The notes under the pieces: generated by a model
What the model saw: the letters and a program-made list of their open reading frames with translations, nothing else
The model's database searches: none
Told to the model about the DNA's origin: nothing
Made by a program: the position numbers and the translations under genes
NCBI GenBank assembly: GCA_043800755.1
Contig: JAZDMQ010000077.1
Span: forward strand, 1-37,496
Length of the DNA stretch: 37,496 nucleotides
Direction of reading: 5' to 3'
From: a bacterium
GTDB lineage: Bacteria; Methylomirabilota; Methylomirabilia; CAVQYV01
In this document: in pieces, positions 8,692-18,204 of the stretch
Layout of the letters: the number at the start of each line of letters is the position of its first letter
Numbering within the stretch: position 1 is the stretch's first letter

Positions 8692-9252
8692 TCACTGGCC
8701 TGGGGCCTGGTCCCTTCTCGGCGTGACCTCCTCCAGCGCCCCCTGGAAGGTCTCGTAGGCCTCCTGGCCGAAGAGGACGAAGCGGACCATCTCGATCCCC
8801 GGGGGGTGGGCCTTCAGATAGGCGATAGTGGTCTTGAGGGCAATGGCGGCGGCCTCCCTTAGGGGATAGCCGTAGGCGCCGGTGCTCAGCGAGGGAAAGG
8901 CCAGGCTCCTGATGCCGTGCGCTGAGGCCAATTTCAGGCTGTTGCGGTAGGCCGAGGCCAGGAGCTCCGCTTCGCCCCGCCTGCCTCCAGAATAGATGGG
9001 TCCGACGGCGTGGATCACATATTTGGCCTTCAGCCGCCCGCCGCTGGTGATCCTTGCCTCTCCGGTGGGGCAGCCGTCGATCTTTCGGCACTCCTCCATG
9101 ATCTCTGGTCCCCCGGCTCGATGAATAGCGCCATCCACTCCGCCCCCTCCGTGCAGGCCGGAGTTGGCGGCATTGATGATGGCCTCTGTATCCTGGACGG
9201 TGATGTCCCCCTCCAGCAATTCGAGGGTCGAGCTATTGATCTGAACCCTCAT
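8692..9252 (-). CDS. Macrodomain O-acetyl-ADP-ribose deacetylase (YmdB-like)
   Basis: GDIT, INAANSGLHGGGGVDGAIH, VIHAVGP, AFPSLSTGAYGYP. Confidence 0.93.
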   Translation of the reverse strand: MRVQINSSTLELLEGDITVQDTEAIINAANSGLHGGGGVDGAIHRAGGPEIMEECRKIDGCPTGEARITSGGRLKAKYVIHAVGPIYSGGRRGEAELLASAYRNSLKLASAHGIRSLAFPSLSTGAYGYPLREAAAIALKTTIAYLKAHPPGIEMVRFVLFGQEAYETFQGALEEVTPRRDQAPGQ

Positions 9253-10040
9253 TCTTCTTCCCTCCTTCCTTCAGCCCCCGGTGGAGAGGCCCAGCACGCT
9301 CCCTGGGGGGTGATGATCGCCATCTCGATCTCCCAGCTAAAACTTCGGGGATAGGTTTGCAGGTGGAGCAGGCCCAAGGTGGTGTGAATCATGAAGCGGG
9401 CCATCTCCGTGGCCTGTTCCAGATCCATCCCCGAGTAGGAAAGGGGCAGCTCCACCTCCCTGAAGAGGGGCAGGAGTTGCTCCTCGCTGACAGCGAACCT
9501 GGCCCCCAATCGATGGAGAAGGGAGGGGTCGTATCCCAGCAGAAGGCGGGTAAGCCACAGGTCCAGCCCGCGCCAGTTAAAGCCGTATTGCGGCTCTCCG
9601 GGGCGGTCGGTCCTGACCGGACGAGGCGGGGAGAAGGCCTCATTCATATCCCAGGCCCAGTCGGTGGGAGGGCCGTCTTCGGCTTCAAAGCCGGCCAGGA
9701 AAAACCCAATCCGAGGCCGCAGGTAGGGAAGGAGGTCAGCGAACTTCCGTTGCCCCTTTTTGGCCAGGGATTGGGCCAGGTCGTGGGCGATCAGGCGGAT
9801 CGTTGGCCGTTGCCCCTTCTCTTGATCCCCGAGGGCGGCGGCGATCTCGGCAGAGATGTCCGATCCCAAGCTCCCGGCCCCCCAAATCAGGACCCCCAGC
9901 GGCCTCTCCGGCGACAGGAATATCCTGCTGGCCGCCGGCTCCCGGGAGGGATCGGGAATGGACATCCCGGGTGGGCTCTGGATTCGATCGCAGGCCAAGA
10001 TGAAACCCGCTGGGACCTTTCCTAAGACGGACAGGGTCAA
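9249..10040 (-). CDS. Divergent Ntn-hydrolase / proteasome beta-subunit-like protein
   Basis: TTG start with RBS; N-terminal Thr (MTLSV...GFILACD), internal GFFLAGF, C-terminal MDLEQATEMARFMI...IEMAIIT pattern. Family call is from memory of the pattern only. Confidence 0.55.
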   Translation of the reverse strand: MTLSVLGKVPAGFILACDRIQSPPGMSIPDPSREPAASRIFLSPERPLGVLIWGAGSLGSDISAEIAAALGDQEKGQRPTIRLIAHDLAQSLAKKGQRKFADLLPYLRPRIGFFLAGFEAEDGPPTDWAWDMNEAFSPPRPVRTDRPGEPQYGFNWRGLDLWLTRLLLGYDPSLLHRLGARFAVSEEQLLPLFREVELPLSYSGMDLEQATEMARFMIHTTLGLLHLQTYPRSFSWEIEMAIITPQGACWASPPGAEGRREEE

Positions 10041-10083
10041 TCTCTCACCCCTCCTCCTGCGCCTGAAGCCCCTCCGATTGACC

Positions 10084-10112
10084 TTGACAGTCAGGAGGGC
10101 AACTGTTATCCT
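10084..10112 (+). promoter_or_regulatory. Sigma70 promoter with extended -10 for the C-GCAxxG-C-C gene
   Basis: TTGACA-N17-TATCCT with TG at 10104-10105. Confidence 0.65.
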
Positions 10113-10194
10113 CCCCGCTCGGTGCGCTGGATGAGGGCATCAGGCAACATGCGGGGGCATAGCCCCCGAAATCTCTATCTTAGGAGGTTACACC

Positions 10195-10722
10195 ATGCCC
10201 GAGGAGACTGGCAAGGGAAATAAGGAGGAGATGCTGAAGAAGGCTTATGATAAAGGGTTCGAATATGAGAAGGTGTACCGGGGTTGCTCCCAGTGCGTCC
10301 TGGCTGCCATCCAGGACCTCTTCGAGGCGAAGAATGACGAGGTCTTTCGGGCGGCGAGCGGCCTAGCAGGTGGGGTGGGATTGTGCGGTGATGGCTGCTG
10401 CGGGGCATATACTGGAGGGGTCATGGCCTTGGGCCAGCTTTATGGCCGCACCCGGGAGAACTTCCTGGATACGAACCGAACTCGAAAGCGGGCCTTCGAT
10501 CTGGCCAAGAAGCTCCACGACAAGTTCATCGCCGAATACGGGACCATTATCTGCCGGGATATCCAGCAGAAGATCTTTGGGCGGCCCTTCTACATCCGGG
10601 ACGCCGATGATTTCAAGAAATTCGAAGACGCAGGGGCCCACGAGGAGAAATGTCCCTCCGTGGTGGGAAATGGCGCCCGCTGGGTGGCAGAGATCCTGAT
10701 GGAAGAGGAGGAGAAGGGTTAG
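10195..10722 (+). CDS. C-GCAxxG-C-C family putative redox protein
   Basis: GCSQCV, GLAGGVG...CCGAYTGG, ICRDI, KCP; AGGAGG RBS. Confidence 0.88.
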   Translation: MPEETGKGNKEEMLKKAYDKGFEYEKVYRGCSQCVLAAIQDLFEAKNDEVFRAASGLAGGVGLCGDGCCGAYTGGVMALGQLYGRTRENFLDTNRTRKRAFDLAKKLHDKFIAEYGTIICRDIQQKIFGRPFYIRDADDFKKFEDAGAHEEKCPSVVGNGARWVAEILMEEEEKG

Positions 10723-10768
10723 AAACGGAGGCTACCCCTCTTAAGTTACCGGGCGGGCGAGGGACCCC

Positions 10769-11623
10769 TCAATCGTGCGGGCGCTGGCCAGTGGCCCCAG
10801 GAAGCTTGTCCCGGCGCCGAGGCCAGGGGAGGTATTCCACGCCGGCTTGACGGCGCACCGGCTGAGGGAAGAGGGCCATCAGCTTGTGAATGTCAGGGGG
10901 CATCTCGGAGCTGACCTTCAATCCCAATTTCTTGGCCTTCTCGAAGGTAATGGGGTTGTCATGGGTCCAGATCCCCTGGGAGAGGATGTTGGTGATCTCC
11001 TCTGCCTGGGCAGGCTCGTACTTGTCGGAGAGGAGGATGCGCAGGGTCTCGTGGATCTGAAACAGGGCCTTCTCCGCCACATCGGCCAGGATCAGCGTTC
11101 GGTCGTCGATGTCCTGGATGGGTTTCTCCCGGCGGACCCTGATTAGGGAGGCCGCCGGGTACTCGCCCAATTGCGGATCCACCGGTCCCAACACCGCATG
11201 TTCGTCCATGACGATCTCATCTGCCGCCAGGGCGATGAGGGTTCCACCGGACATGGCATAATGAGGAACGAAGACCCGCACCCTCGCTTTGTGCTTGTGC
11301 AGGGCGGAAGCAATCTGGGTGGCGGCCAGGACCAGCCCTCCCGGGGTGTGCAGGACCAAATCCAGGGGAATCTCCGGGTCGGTCAAGCGTATGGCGCGCA
11401 TGATCTCTTCGGAATCCTGGACGTCAATGTAGCGCAAGACGGGAAAACCCAATAAAGCCATGGTCTCCTGGCGGTGAACCAGCAAGATCAGGCGTGATCC
11501 AAATTGCCTTTCGATTTTGGCGATCAGGCGCTGACGCGCCGCCTCCAGCATCTTTTTCTTGATGACCGGCTGGATGGCCATCAGGATGAAAAAAATCCAG
11601 AAAAGGTCGGAAAGGCTCTTCAT
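10769..11623 (-). CDS. SDH-family Clp-fold serine protease
   Basis: N-terminal TM helix, LHTPGG, AMSGGTLIALAAD (Ser), LGPVDPQ (Asp), WTHD (His). Confidence 0.9.
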   Translation of the reverse strand: MKSLSDLFWIFFILMAIQPVIKKKMLEAARQRLIAKIERQFGSRLILLVHRQETMALLGFPVLRYIDVQDSEEIMRAIRLTDPEIPLDLVLHTPGGLVLAATQIASALHKHKARVRVFVPHYAMSGGTLIALAADEIVMDEHAVLGPVDPQLGEYPAASLIRVRREKPIQDIDDRTLILADVAEKALFQIHETLRILLSDKYEPAQAEEITNILSQGIWTHDNPITFEKAKKLGLKVSSEMPPDIHKLMALFPQPVRRQAGVEYLPWPRRRDKLPGATGQRPHD

Positions 11624-11687
11624 AGCTCCTCCTTCAGGTAGCCCTCACTGGAATTACTTTCCTTATCTTTTCGCGTCTCCCCGGAGC

Positions 11688-12407
11688 TTACCACGGATGG
11701 TGTTCAGTCTCAAAATAGAACCGATGATGTCCCTTCGAGCGAACGAAGACGAATTGGAGGAGCATCCCCGCCAGGAAGCCCCCTATATGAGCCCACCAGG
11801 CGATGCCCCCGAAGTTCCCACTCTCCGCCAGGGCCAACCCCCCGCTCAAAACCTGAGTCAGAAACCAGAATAGCAGAAAGACCACCGCAGGTATCTCAAT
11901 AAATAGGGGATAGAAAAAGATCGGGATCAGTGTGATCACCCGGGCCCGGGGATACATCACCAGATAAGCCCCCATGACTGCGGCGATGGCCCCGGAGGCC
12001 CCGATGGTGGGCAAGGTGGAGTGCGGATTGGTCCAGCAGTGGACGGCTCCCGCAAGGAGGCCCCCGATCAGGTAGAAGGCCACGAAGCGCAGATGCCCCA
12101 TCCGGTCCTCCACATTATCCCCGAAGAGGTAGAGGAACCACATGTTGGCGATGATATGGAGCCGGCCCCCATGTAAGAACATGGAGCTGAGAAGAGGCCA
12201 GAGGCCCACCAGAGGCACGGCCACCGGGGAGAAGCCCTCCGGGTGAAAGAAGTGGTCCGGCACGATGCCGAAGGCGAAGAAGAGCTCCTTCAATTCGGAG
12301 GGGGAAAGACTGAGCTCAAAGGCGAAGGCCAGGCCATTGGCCAGGATGATCAGCCAGGTCATGAGAGGGGGATGGCGATGGGGGATGTTGTCGCGCAGGG
12401 GGATCAA
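11688..12407 (-). CDS. Rhomboid intramembrane serine protease
   Basis: MIPLRD start, FGDNVED, IGASGA (Ser), AHIGG (His), several TM segments. Confidence 0.93.
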   Translation of the reverse strand: MIPLRDNIPHRHPPLMTWLIILANGLAFAFELSLSPSELKELFFAFGIVPDHFFHPEGFSPVAVPLVGLWPLLSSMFLHGGRLHIIANMWFLYLFGDNVEDRMGHLRFVAFYLIGGLLAGAVHCWTNPHSTLPTIGASGAIAAVMGAYLVMYPRARVITLIPIFFYPLFIEIPAVVFLLFWFLTQVLSGGLALAESGNFGGIAWWAHIGGFLAGMLLQFVFVRSKGHHRFYFETEHHPW

Positions 12408-12514
12408 GCTTTCTCTCTCCGGCCCCGGCCTCCGGGAGGGGGCAGTTCGACCATGGACGCGATGATTTCAAGCCCCGATCGGCCGAGGCCTCGCCTCAGA
12501 ATTTTCCCGTCTAT

Positions 12515-13414
12515 TCAGCTATCCAGGCCGTAACGGCGGGCATTGGCGTCGGCAATGGCCTGGATCTTGGCGATCTGCCCCGCCCCGCCCTCCCTTTGGA
12601 AGAGGTGGCGGAATCGGGACTGGGCCTCGAGATACTCCTCCACCGGCTTGCGGTCCTTGATCTTCCTTACCTTGGTCACCTGGCCATTCTCCATCTCGAA
12701 GAGGGGGGTCAGGCCGGTCTGCGCCGCGAGGCGCGCTATCTCAATGGTCTTGCTCTCCGGGAAGCCCCAGCCGATGTTGCAGGGGCAATCGATTTGGATA
12801 TACTTGGGCCCTTTGATGGAGAGGGCCTTTTTGATCTTGTTGATGAGGTCCTGGGGATAGGCCAAGGAGGCAGTGGCCACATAGGGGATCCCGTGGGCGG
12901 CGGCGATGGCTGGCATGTCTTTCTTGGGGCGATCCTCACCCCAGGCCCTCCGGCCATGAGGGCTGGTGGTGGTGGAGGCGAGATACGGGGTGGAGGCGCT
13001 GCGCTGCACCCCGGTGTTCATGTAGGCCTCGTTGTCATAGCAGATGTAGAGGATGTCCTGGCCCCGCTCGAACATGCCGGAGAGGCCTCCCATGCCGATG
13101 TCAAAGGTCCCCCCGTCTCCCGCGATCACCACCACCTTGGTGGACGATCCTTTCACCCGCAGGGCGGCCTCAATCCCCGAGGCCACTGCGGCGGCATTCT
13201 CGAAGAGGGGGTGCATCCAGGGCACCTCCCAGGGAGACTCCAGGTAGCGCGAGGCGAAGGTCTCCAGACAGCCAGTGGGGGAGACCAGGATCACATCTCG
13301 ACCCGTGGCCTTCAAAATAAGCCGGACCGCAATGGCGGTCCCGCAGCCCGGACAGGCTCGATGGCCAGGGGCTAACAACTCAGGTTCTCTCTCTTTGATT
13401 AATTTGGCGGACAT
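12515..13414 (-). CDS. porB: Pyruvate/2-oxoacid:ferredoxin oxidoreductase beta subunit
   Basis: [16 protein letters not shown]...[10 protein letters not shown] (ThDP motif), CPC. Confidence 0.92.
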   Translation of the reverse strand: MSAKLIKEREPELLAPGHRACPGCGTAIAVRLILKATGRDVILVSPTGCLETFASRYLESPWEVPWMHPLFENAAAVASGIEAALRVKGSSTKVVVIAGDGGTFDIGMGGLSGMFERGQDILYICYDNEAYMNTGVQRSASTPYLASTTTSPHGRRAWGEDRPKKDMPAIAAAHGIPYVATASLAYPQDLINKIKKALSIKGPKYIQIDCPCNIGWGFPESKTIEIARLAAQTGLTPLFEMENGQVTKVRKIKDRKPVEEYLEAQSRFRHLFQREGGAGQIAKIQAIADANARRYGLDS

Positions 13415-13460
13415 TAACCTTTCCTCTTGAACTCTCAGGGAGTTAGACTCCCGAACCCTG

Positions 13461-14666
13461 TTAAAGCAACTCGGGGCGCAGGTCTACCCAGAAGGAATCC
13501 GCGAGGGGAGGCCTTCCCTCTGCAACCTGGTGTGCCCGCTCCACGATAGATTTGATGGAATCGATGGTGATCTCTCGGCCCCCGAGGCCGATGATGCAAG
13601 GCAGGATCGCCGGCCGCCTGATTTGATTGGCCAGACAGAGGGCGACATCGGCAGCCAGGGCTCCAAAGGCACCTAGGGAGATGTTGTTGTCCAGCACCGC
13701 CACTGCCTTCGCAGACTGGGTCAGCTCGCGAAGGCTCTCGGCGGGGAAGGGCCGATAGGAGCGAATCTTGATCAGACCGACCTTATGGCCCGCTCCCCTC
13801 ATCTGATCAATGGCCTCCTTGATGGTCCCCACCATGGTCCCCATGGCCAGGATGAGGATCTCGGCGCCCTCGGTCCGATAGGCCTCGATGAGGCCTCCAT
13901 AATATCGGCCGAAGGATTGCTCAAAGGCCCTCGCCGCCTCCTCGATCCTCAACTTCGCCTTTTGCTGGGCTTGATGTACCATATATCGGAATTCCATAAG
14001 CTTGTCGTCATCGGTGAAGGAGCCGAAGGTCAGGGGACAGGCCGGGTCCAGGGAATGGAGGGGCTTGAAGGGAGGCAAGAAGGCGTCGACTGCCTCCTGG
14101 GTCGCGACCTCCACTGGCTCGAAGGTATGGGTGATCAACCAGCCATCCATGCAGACCATGACCGGCAGCAGGATCTCGGGGTCCTCGGCGATGCGAAAGG
14201 CCTGGATATGGGCGTCGTGGGCCTCCTGGGAATCCTCCACATAGAGCTGGATGATTCCTGAGTCTCGCAGGGAGATGGTATCCTGCTGGTCCGGCTGAAT
14301 GCTGATGGGGGCCGAGAGGGTGCGGTTGGCGGCGCTAATGACGACCGGCAGCCGCGTCCCCGCCATGTTGTAGAGCACCTCGGTCATTAGGAGCAGGCCC
14401 TGAGAGGAGGAGGCAGTATAGGCTCGCACCCCTGCCCCGGAGGCCCCATAGACGGCTGAGGCGGCTGAAAACTCCGAGTCTACCCTCAGATACTCCGCGG
14501 CCAGATCCCCATCGGCCACCAGCTGGGCGAGATATTCCACAATGTGTGTCTGGGGGGTGATGGGATAGGCGGAGATGACCCCAGGACGGCAGCGGGCCAC
14601 GGCCTGGGCGACGGCCCAGGAGCCCTCCATCACTGCCCTTTGGCCTTTTGTTTCATGTAACTTCAT
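13461..14666 (-). CDS. porA: Pyruvate/2-oxoacid:ferredoxin oxidoreductase alpha subunit
   Basis: [39 protein letters not shown]. Confidence 0.92.
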   Translation of the reverse strand: MKLHETKGQRAVMEGSWAVAQAVARCRPGVISAYPITPQTHIVEYLAQLVADGDLAAEYLRVDSEFSAASAVYGASGAGVRAYTASSSQGLLLMTEVLYNMAGTRLPVVISAANRTLSAPISIQPDQQDTISLRDSGIIQLYVEDSQEAHDAHIQAFRIAEDPEILLPVMVCMDGWLITHTFEPVEVATQEAVDAFLPPFKPLHSLDPACPLTFGSFTDDDKLMEFRYMVHQAQQKAKLRIEEAARAFEQSFGRYYGGLIEAYRTEGAEILILAMGTMVGTIKEAIDQMRGAGHKVGLIKIRSYRPFPAESLRELTQSAKAVAVLDNNISLGAFGALAADVALCLANQIRRPAILPCIIGLGGREITIDSIKSIVERAHQVAEGRPPLADSFWVDLRPELL

Positions 14667-14681
14667 GATGATCCTTTCTCG

Positions 14682-14939
14682 TCATTTCTCTTCGACGATC
14701 ATCTTGATCGCCCCGGAGGGACACTCCTCCGCACAGATCCCGCAACCCTTGCAATAGGTATAGTCGATGCAATAGGCCTCACCCTGGGGGAAGACACAGC
14801 TGTCCGGACAAAAGGTGGCACAGAGGCCGCAGTCGGTGCAGGTCTCTGGATGCAGAATGGGCCGGTAGGATCTCCAAGAGCCCGTCCGGTTGGCCTTCGA
14901 GCCGGCCGGGCCACAAATCGCTCCTATGGTTAGCTTCAT
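14682..14939 (-). CDS. porD: 2-oxoacid:ferredoxin oxidoreductase delta subunit (2x[4Fe-4S])
   Basis: TGSWR..RP, CTDCGLCATFCP and CKGCGICAEECP. Confidence 0.92.
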   Translation of the reverse strand: MKLTIGAICGPAGSKANRTGSWRSYRPILHPETCTDCGLCATFCPDSCVFPQGEAYCIDYTYCKGCGICAEECPSGAIKMIVEEK

Positions 14940-15493
14940 GCGCCTTCCTTTCCTTTCAGCATCTCATACATCCTCTGGGCCGCCTGGGCATTCTTTTCTC
15001 CCACCTCGCCCGGGAACTTGACCCGGATGGCACGGAGCACCGCGGGAAGGGAGACCTCCTGGGAGATGGCGGAAAAAGCCCCCATCAGGGCCGTATTCAT
15101 AATGGGTCGCCCGATGACCTCCAGGGCGATTCGGGAGGCGGGGACGGCCACGGCCCGGATCCCGGCGGGCAGGCCCAAATCGCCGGGATCCCTTTCGGAA
15201 TTGATGATCAGGATCCCCCCCGGCTTCAGGCCCTTGCCCACCTCGACCTCCTTCACCAGCGTGGGGTCCTGGACGATGACATAGTCAGGCTCGTGAATCT
15301 TGCTGCGCAGGCGAATGGGCGCGTCGCCGATTCGCAGAAAAGCCTGCACCGGCGCCCCGCGCCGGTCTCCTCCTCCCCCCAGATAGGGAAAGGCCTGGCT
15401 GAACTTTCCGTCTTCAAAGGCAGCGACGGCCAGGATCTCCGCCGTCACTACCGAGCCCTGGCCTCCACGGCCATGGATTCGAATTTCCTTCAT
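14936..15493 (-). CDS. porC: 2-oxoacid:ferredoxin oxidoreductase gamma subunit
   Basis: EIRIHGRGGQG, RRGAPV, NTALMGA. Start trimmed to MKEIRIH (15493). Confidence 0.9.
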   Translation of the reverse strand: MKEIRIHGRGGQGSVVTAEILAVAAFEDGKFSQAFPYLGGGGDRRGAPVQAFLRIGDAPIRLRSKIHEPDYVIVQDPTLVKEVEVGKGLKPGGILIINSERDPGDLGLPAGIRAVAVPASRIALEVIGRPIMNTALMGAFSAISQEVSLPAVLRAIRVKFPGEVGEKNAQAAQRMYEMLKGKEGA

Positions 15494-15774
15494 CAAGGTG
15501 TCTTCTCTCCTTCCTCCCAGGTCCAATCCGGTTGCCCGTCTGTCTTCCATCCCCTGGCCAGGAGCCTCTTCACTGGGCCGGATCCGGTGTGCTGAAGATC
15601 GGCGCAGCCCACCGGACAGCCGTTGAGGAGGATGCATAGATCGTTCTCCTCCCCCGGGGAAACGAAAGCGTGATCCAGGCCGCTACGCTCGGCCTCCCGG
15701 CGGAGCCCTTCCTCAATTTGGGACAGGTCAAGCTGAGGGTTGCAGGAGCCGCAGTATTGAACGCAGATCCTCAT
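15493..15774 (-). CDS. Small Cys-rich hypothetical protein (YCGxCNP ... GCxxGC)
   Basis: 93-aa ORF overlapping both neighbours (ATGA and TGATG) with two Cys pairs. Confidence 0.7.
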   Translation of the reverse strand: MRICVQYCGSCNPQLDLSQIEEGLRREAERSGLDHAFVSPGEENDLCILLNGCPVGCADLQHTGSGPVKRLLARGWKTDGQPDWTWEEGEKTP

Positions 15775-17216
15775 GGTTTTTCAATCCCGCATAGCCTGCG
15801 CGCCAACTTCATCTTCTGTTCCAGGCCCGCCTGCCGCAGAAGGATGATCTTCATAGCCTGGGGAGAGCCGGCCCCGTGCATCACTTCGACCAGGGGGGCC
15901 CCACAGGTCATATTCTCGATCAACCTCCCCAGGCGCAGCCGCTCCTCGGCCGAGGCCCCGGTGCCAGGAGAGAAGTACTTCTCTACCAAGGGCCCGATCC
16001 TCGGGTCCTGCAGGTCTTGCTCCGAGGGCATGGTGGCCAGGTAGCCGCCGGCGATGTCATGGGCCAGACGGCAGATCTCGTAATAGAATCGGGTCACATT
16101 GAGCTTGGTAGTGTTGGCCAGCAGGGGATGGACGAAATAGGCCCCGGAGGGGGTCTTATGTCCCTCGCTGGAACAGGCGATCGCCCCGGAGTAGAGGGTC
16201 TCGGTCAAATGGACCATCTCGGCCACCTTGTCCTTCACATGAGAGGCGCCCGCCACGCCCTGGGCGAAGGCGAGGGCGGAGACAGCCCCGATGATGATAT
16301 CGCAGTTGCCCGCCTTGCAGGCCCCGTAGTTTTGGCGGTGATAGGAGGCGAAGCGATCGACCAGGGGTCCAGTAAAGTCATGTTCCCCGCAGAGGAATAC
16401 GCGCTCCCAGGGGACGAAGACATCCTGAAAGACAATAAGGGCCTCGCCGCCCACGGTGCCGTAGGAGGCATTGCCCTGATCGATCTCCCCCTCCCATTTC
16501 CGGCTATCGTTGGTCTGACGGCCAAAGATGTAGAGGAGGCCGGGCGCATCGGCTGGGAGGGAAAAGGCCAGGGCGTAGGCTTCGTCCGCAGCCTCCATGG
16601 CCGTGGTGGGCATTACGATGATCTCGTGGGAATTAACCGCCCCGGTCTGGTGGGCTTTGGCCCCTCGCACGACGATACCATCCTTCCTCTTCTCCACCAG
16701 GTGGAGGTAGAGGTCCGGGTCCTTCTGCTGGCTGGGGGGCAGGTGGCGGTCCCCCTTGGGGTCGGTCATCGCCCCGGTGCACATGAGGTCCTCTTTCTGG
16801 ACATAGGCGAGGTAATTGAGGAAGCGCTGGTGATAGGTCGTTCCCAACTTCTGATCCGTCTCGTAGGTGATGCTGAAGAGGGCGTTGAGGGCATCGAAGC
16901 CCACGCAGCGCTGGAAGCAAGAGCCAGTCCGTTGCGCAATGAGGCGAAGCATCTTGACCTTTTTCACCAGGTCCTCCGCGCTCTGGTGGATATGGGTGAA
17001 GCGGCTGATGCGCTCTCCGCTCAGGTGGGAAGTGGCGCTGCAAAGCAGCTCAAACTGAGGATCGAGGGCCATCTCGTAGGTCATGGCCGCCGCGTTGACA
17101 TGGGGCCGGGTGGCCGGGTGGGCAGCGACATCCTCAATGCGGGAGCCCCGAAAATAGATCGTCCGCTTAAGGGGTCTCAGGCTCTCTCGATATTGCTCGG
17201 CCGTCATCAAGCTCAT
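15771..17216 (-). CDS. abfD: 4-hydroxybutyryl-CoA dehydratase / vinylacetyl-CoA isomerase (HpaB-fold family)
   Basis: CFQRC and YHRQNYGAC Fe-S ligand motifs, MTDPKGDR, GAKAHQTG, MHGAGSP. Confidence 0.88.
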   Translation of the reverse strand: MSLMTAEQYRESLRPLKRTIYFRGSRIEDVAAHPATRPHVNAAAMTYEMALDPQFELLCSATSHLSGERISRFTHIHQSAEDLVKKVKMLRLIAQRTGSCFQRCVGFDALNALFSITYETDQKLGTTYHQRFLNYLAYVQKEDLMCTGAMTDPKGDRHLPPSQQKDPDLYLHLVEKRKDGIVVRGAKAHQTGAVNSHEIIVMPTTAMEAADEAYALAFSLPADAPGLLYIFGRQTNDSRKWEGEIDQGNASYGTVGGEALIVFQDVFVPWERVFLCGEHDFTGPLVDRFASYHRQNYGACKAGNCDIIIGAVSALAFAQGVAGASHVKDKVAEMVHLTETLYSGAIACSSEGHKTPSGAYFVHPLLANTTKLNVTRFYYEICRLAHDIAGGYLATMPSEQDLQDPRIGPLVEKYFSPGTGASAEERLRLGRLIENMTCGAPLVEVMHGAGSPQAMKIILLRQAGLEQKMKLARRLCGIEKP

Positions 17217-17410
17217 GGGTGATCTTCCTTTCCTCCCGAATAATCCGCAATGGTTTCTGGTGATGGCAAGAAGGGCACTACTCCGAAGGCTTGGAGAACG
17301 AGGTCGAGGGCGGGGTATTCCTTCCAGCCGGGGAGGGCGGATTTGGGCCAGTCCAGCAGGTGATTGCTCTGGGAAGGGAGGGGAGGTCTCTCCTTTCTTG
17401 GGAGGCGGCG

Positions 17411-18169
17411 CTACAGCCTCTTATATTTATCCACCGCCTTGAGGATCGATTTCTCTTGCTTGATCAGGGGCACCATCTTTGCCTCTTTCTCATCGATCTT
17501 CTGGGCGATGTCCAGGACCTCGGCGGCCTTTGCCCTCGGGACCACCACCACCCCATCGCTTCCCGCCACGATGATATCGCCTGGATTCACCGTGACCCCA
17601 GCGCACTGCACTGGGATATCCTTTCCCACGCTGACATATCGACCGACGGAGGTCGCCGAGGTAATGCTGCGGGAGAAGACCGGGAAGCCCATCTCCACGA
17701 TCTCGTCCACATCCCGGGCGGCCCCATCGATGACCGCCCCAGCCAGGTCCCGGGCTTTGCAGGCGGTGGCCATCAGGCCCCCGAGCCCGGAGATGTCCAG
17801 GCTCTCCTCGACCACAATGACCAGCACCGATCCTGGATTGGCTTCATCGATGGCCATGAGAGAATGATTAGGGACATGAGGTCCAGTAGCCTGGATAGAG
17901 GGCCTTATCAAGGCCGTTACCGCTGGCCCCACGATCTTGGCCTTGAAGAGGGGCCGCATATCGTGATACATGAAACCGCGCTGGCCCGTCACCTGATCGA
18001 CGGCGTCGGCGACCGAACCCAGGGTGGCCTTATTGAATCCCTCGATCAATTGGGTTAAAGAGAGCTCGGCCCCTTCCGCGGAGAGCAGGGCAGGGACCAA
18101 CCAGGCGATCATCAGGGTGCAAATCATTGCCTTCAGCAAGACCAGAAAGCGCCCTTGCTTCATCTTCAT
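17411..18169 (-). CDS. RraA / HMG-aldolase family protein with N-terminal signal peptide
   Basis: VADAVD, GPAVT, GGLMA, VIDGAARDVDEI, VNPGDIIVAGSDGVVVVP; basic then hydrophobic N-terminus. Confidence 0.88.
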   Translation of the reverse strand: MKMKQGRFLVLLKAMICTLMIAWLVPALLSAEGAELSLTQLIEGFNKATLGSVADAVDQVTGQRGFMYHDMRPLFKAKIVGPAVTALIRPSIQATGPHVPNHSLMAIDEANPGSVLVIVVEESLDISGLGGLMATACKARDLAGAVIDGAARDVDEIVEMGFPVFSRSITSATSVGRYVSVGKDIPVQCAGVTVNPGDIIVAGSDGVVVVPRAKAAEVLDIAQKIDEKEAKMVPLIKQEKSILKAVDKYKRL

Positions 18170-18204
18170 CTCCTCATCCTCTTTCTGCCAAATCCCTGCG
18201 TCCC

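Noticed and set aside
10195..10722. Possible selenoprotein or TGA read-through in the C-GCAxxG-C-C gene
   Set aside because: All motif positions are Cys and the ORF is complete; no in-frame TGA.
15771..17216. 4-hydroxyphenylacetate 3-monooxygenase (HpaB) call
   Set aside because: The CxxxC and H-x6-C Fe-S ligands and the anaerobic neighbours point to AbfD; no HpaC-type flavin reductase is adjacent.
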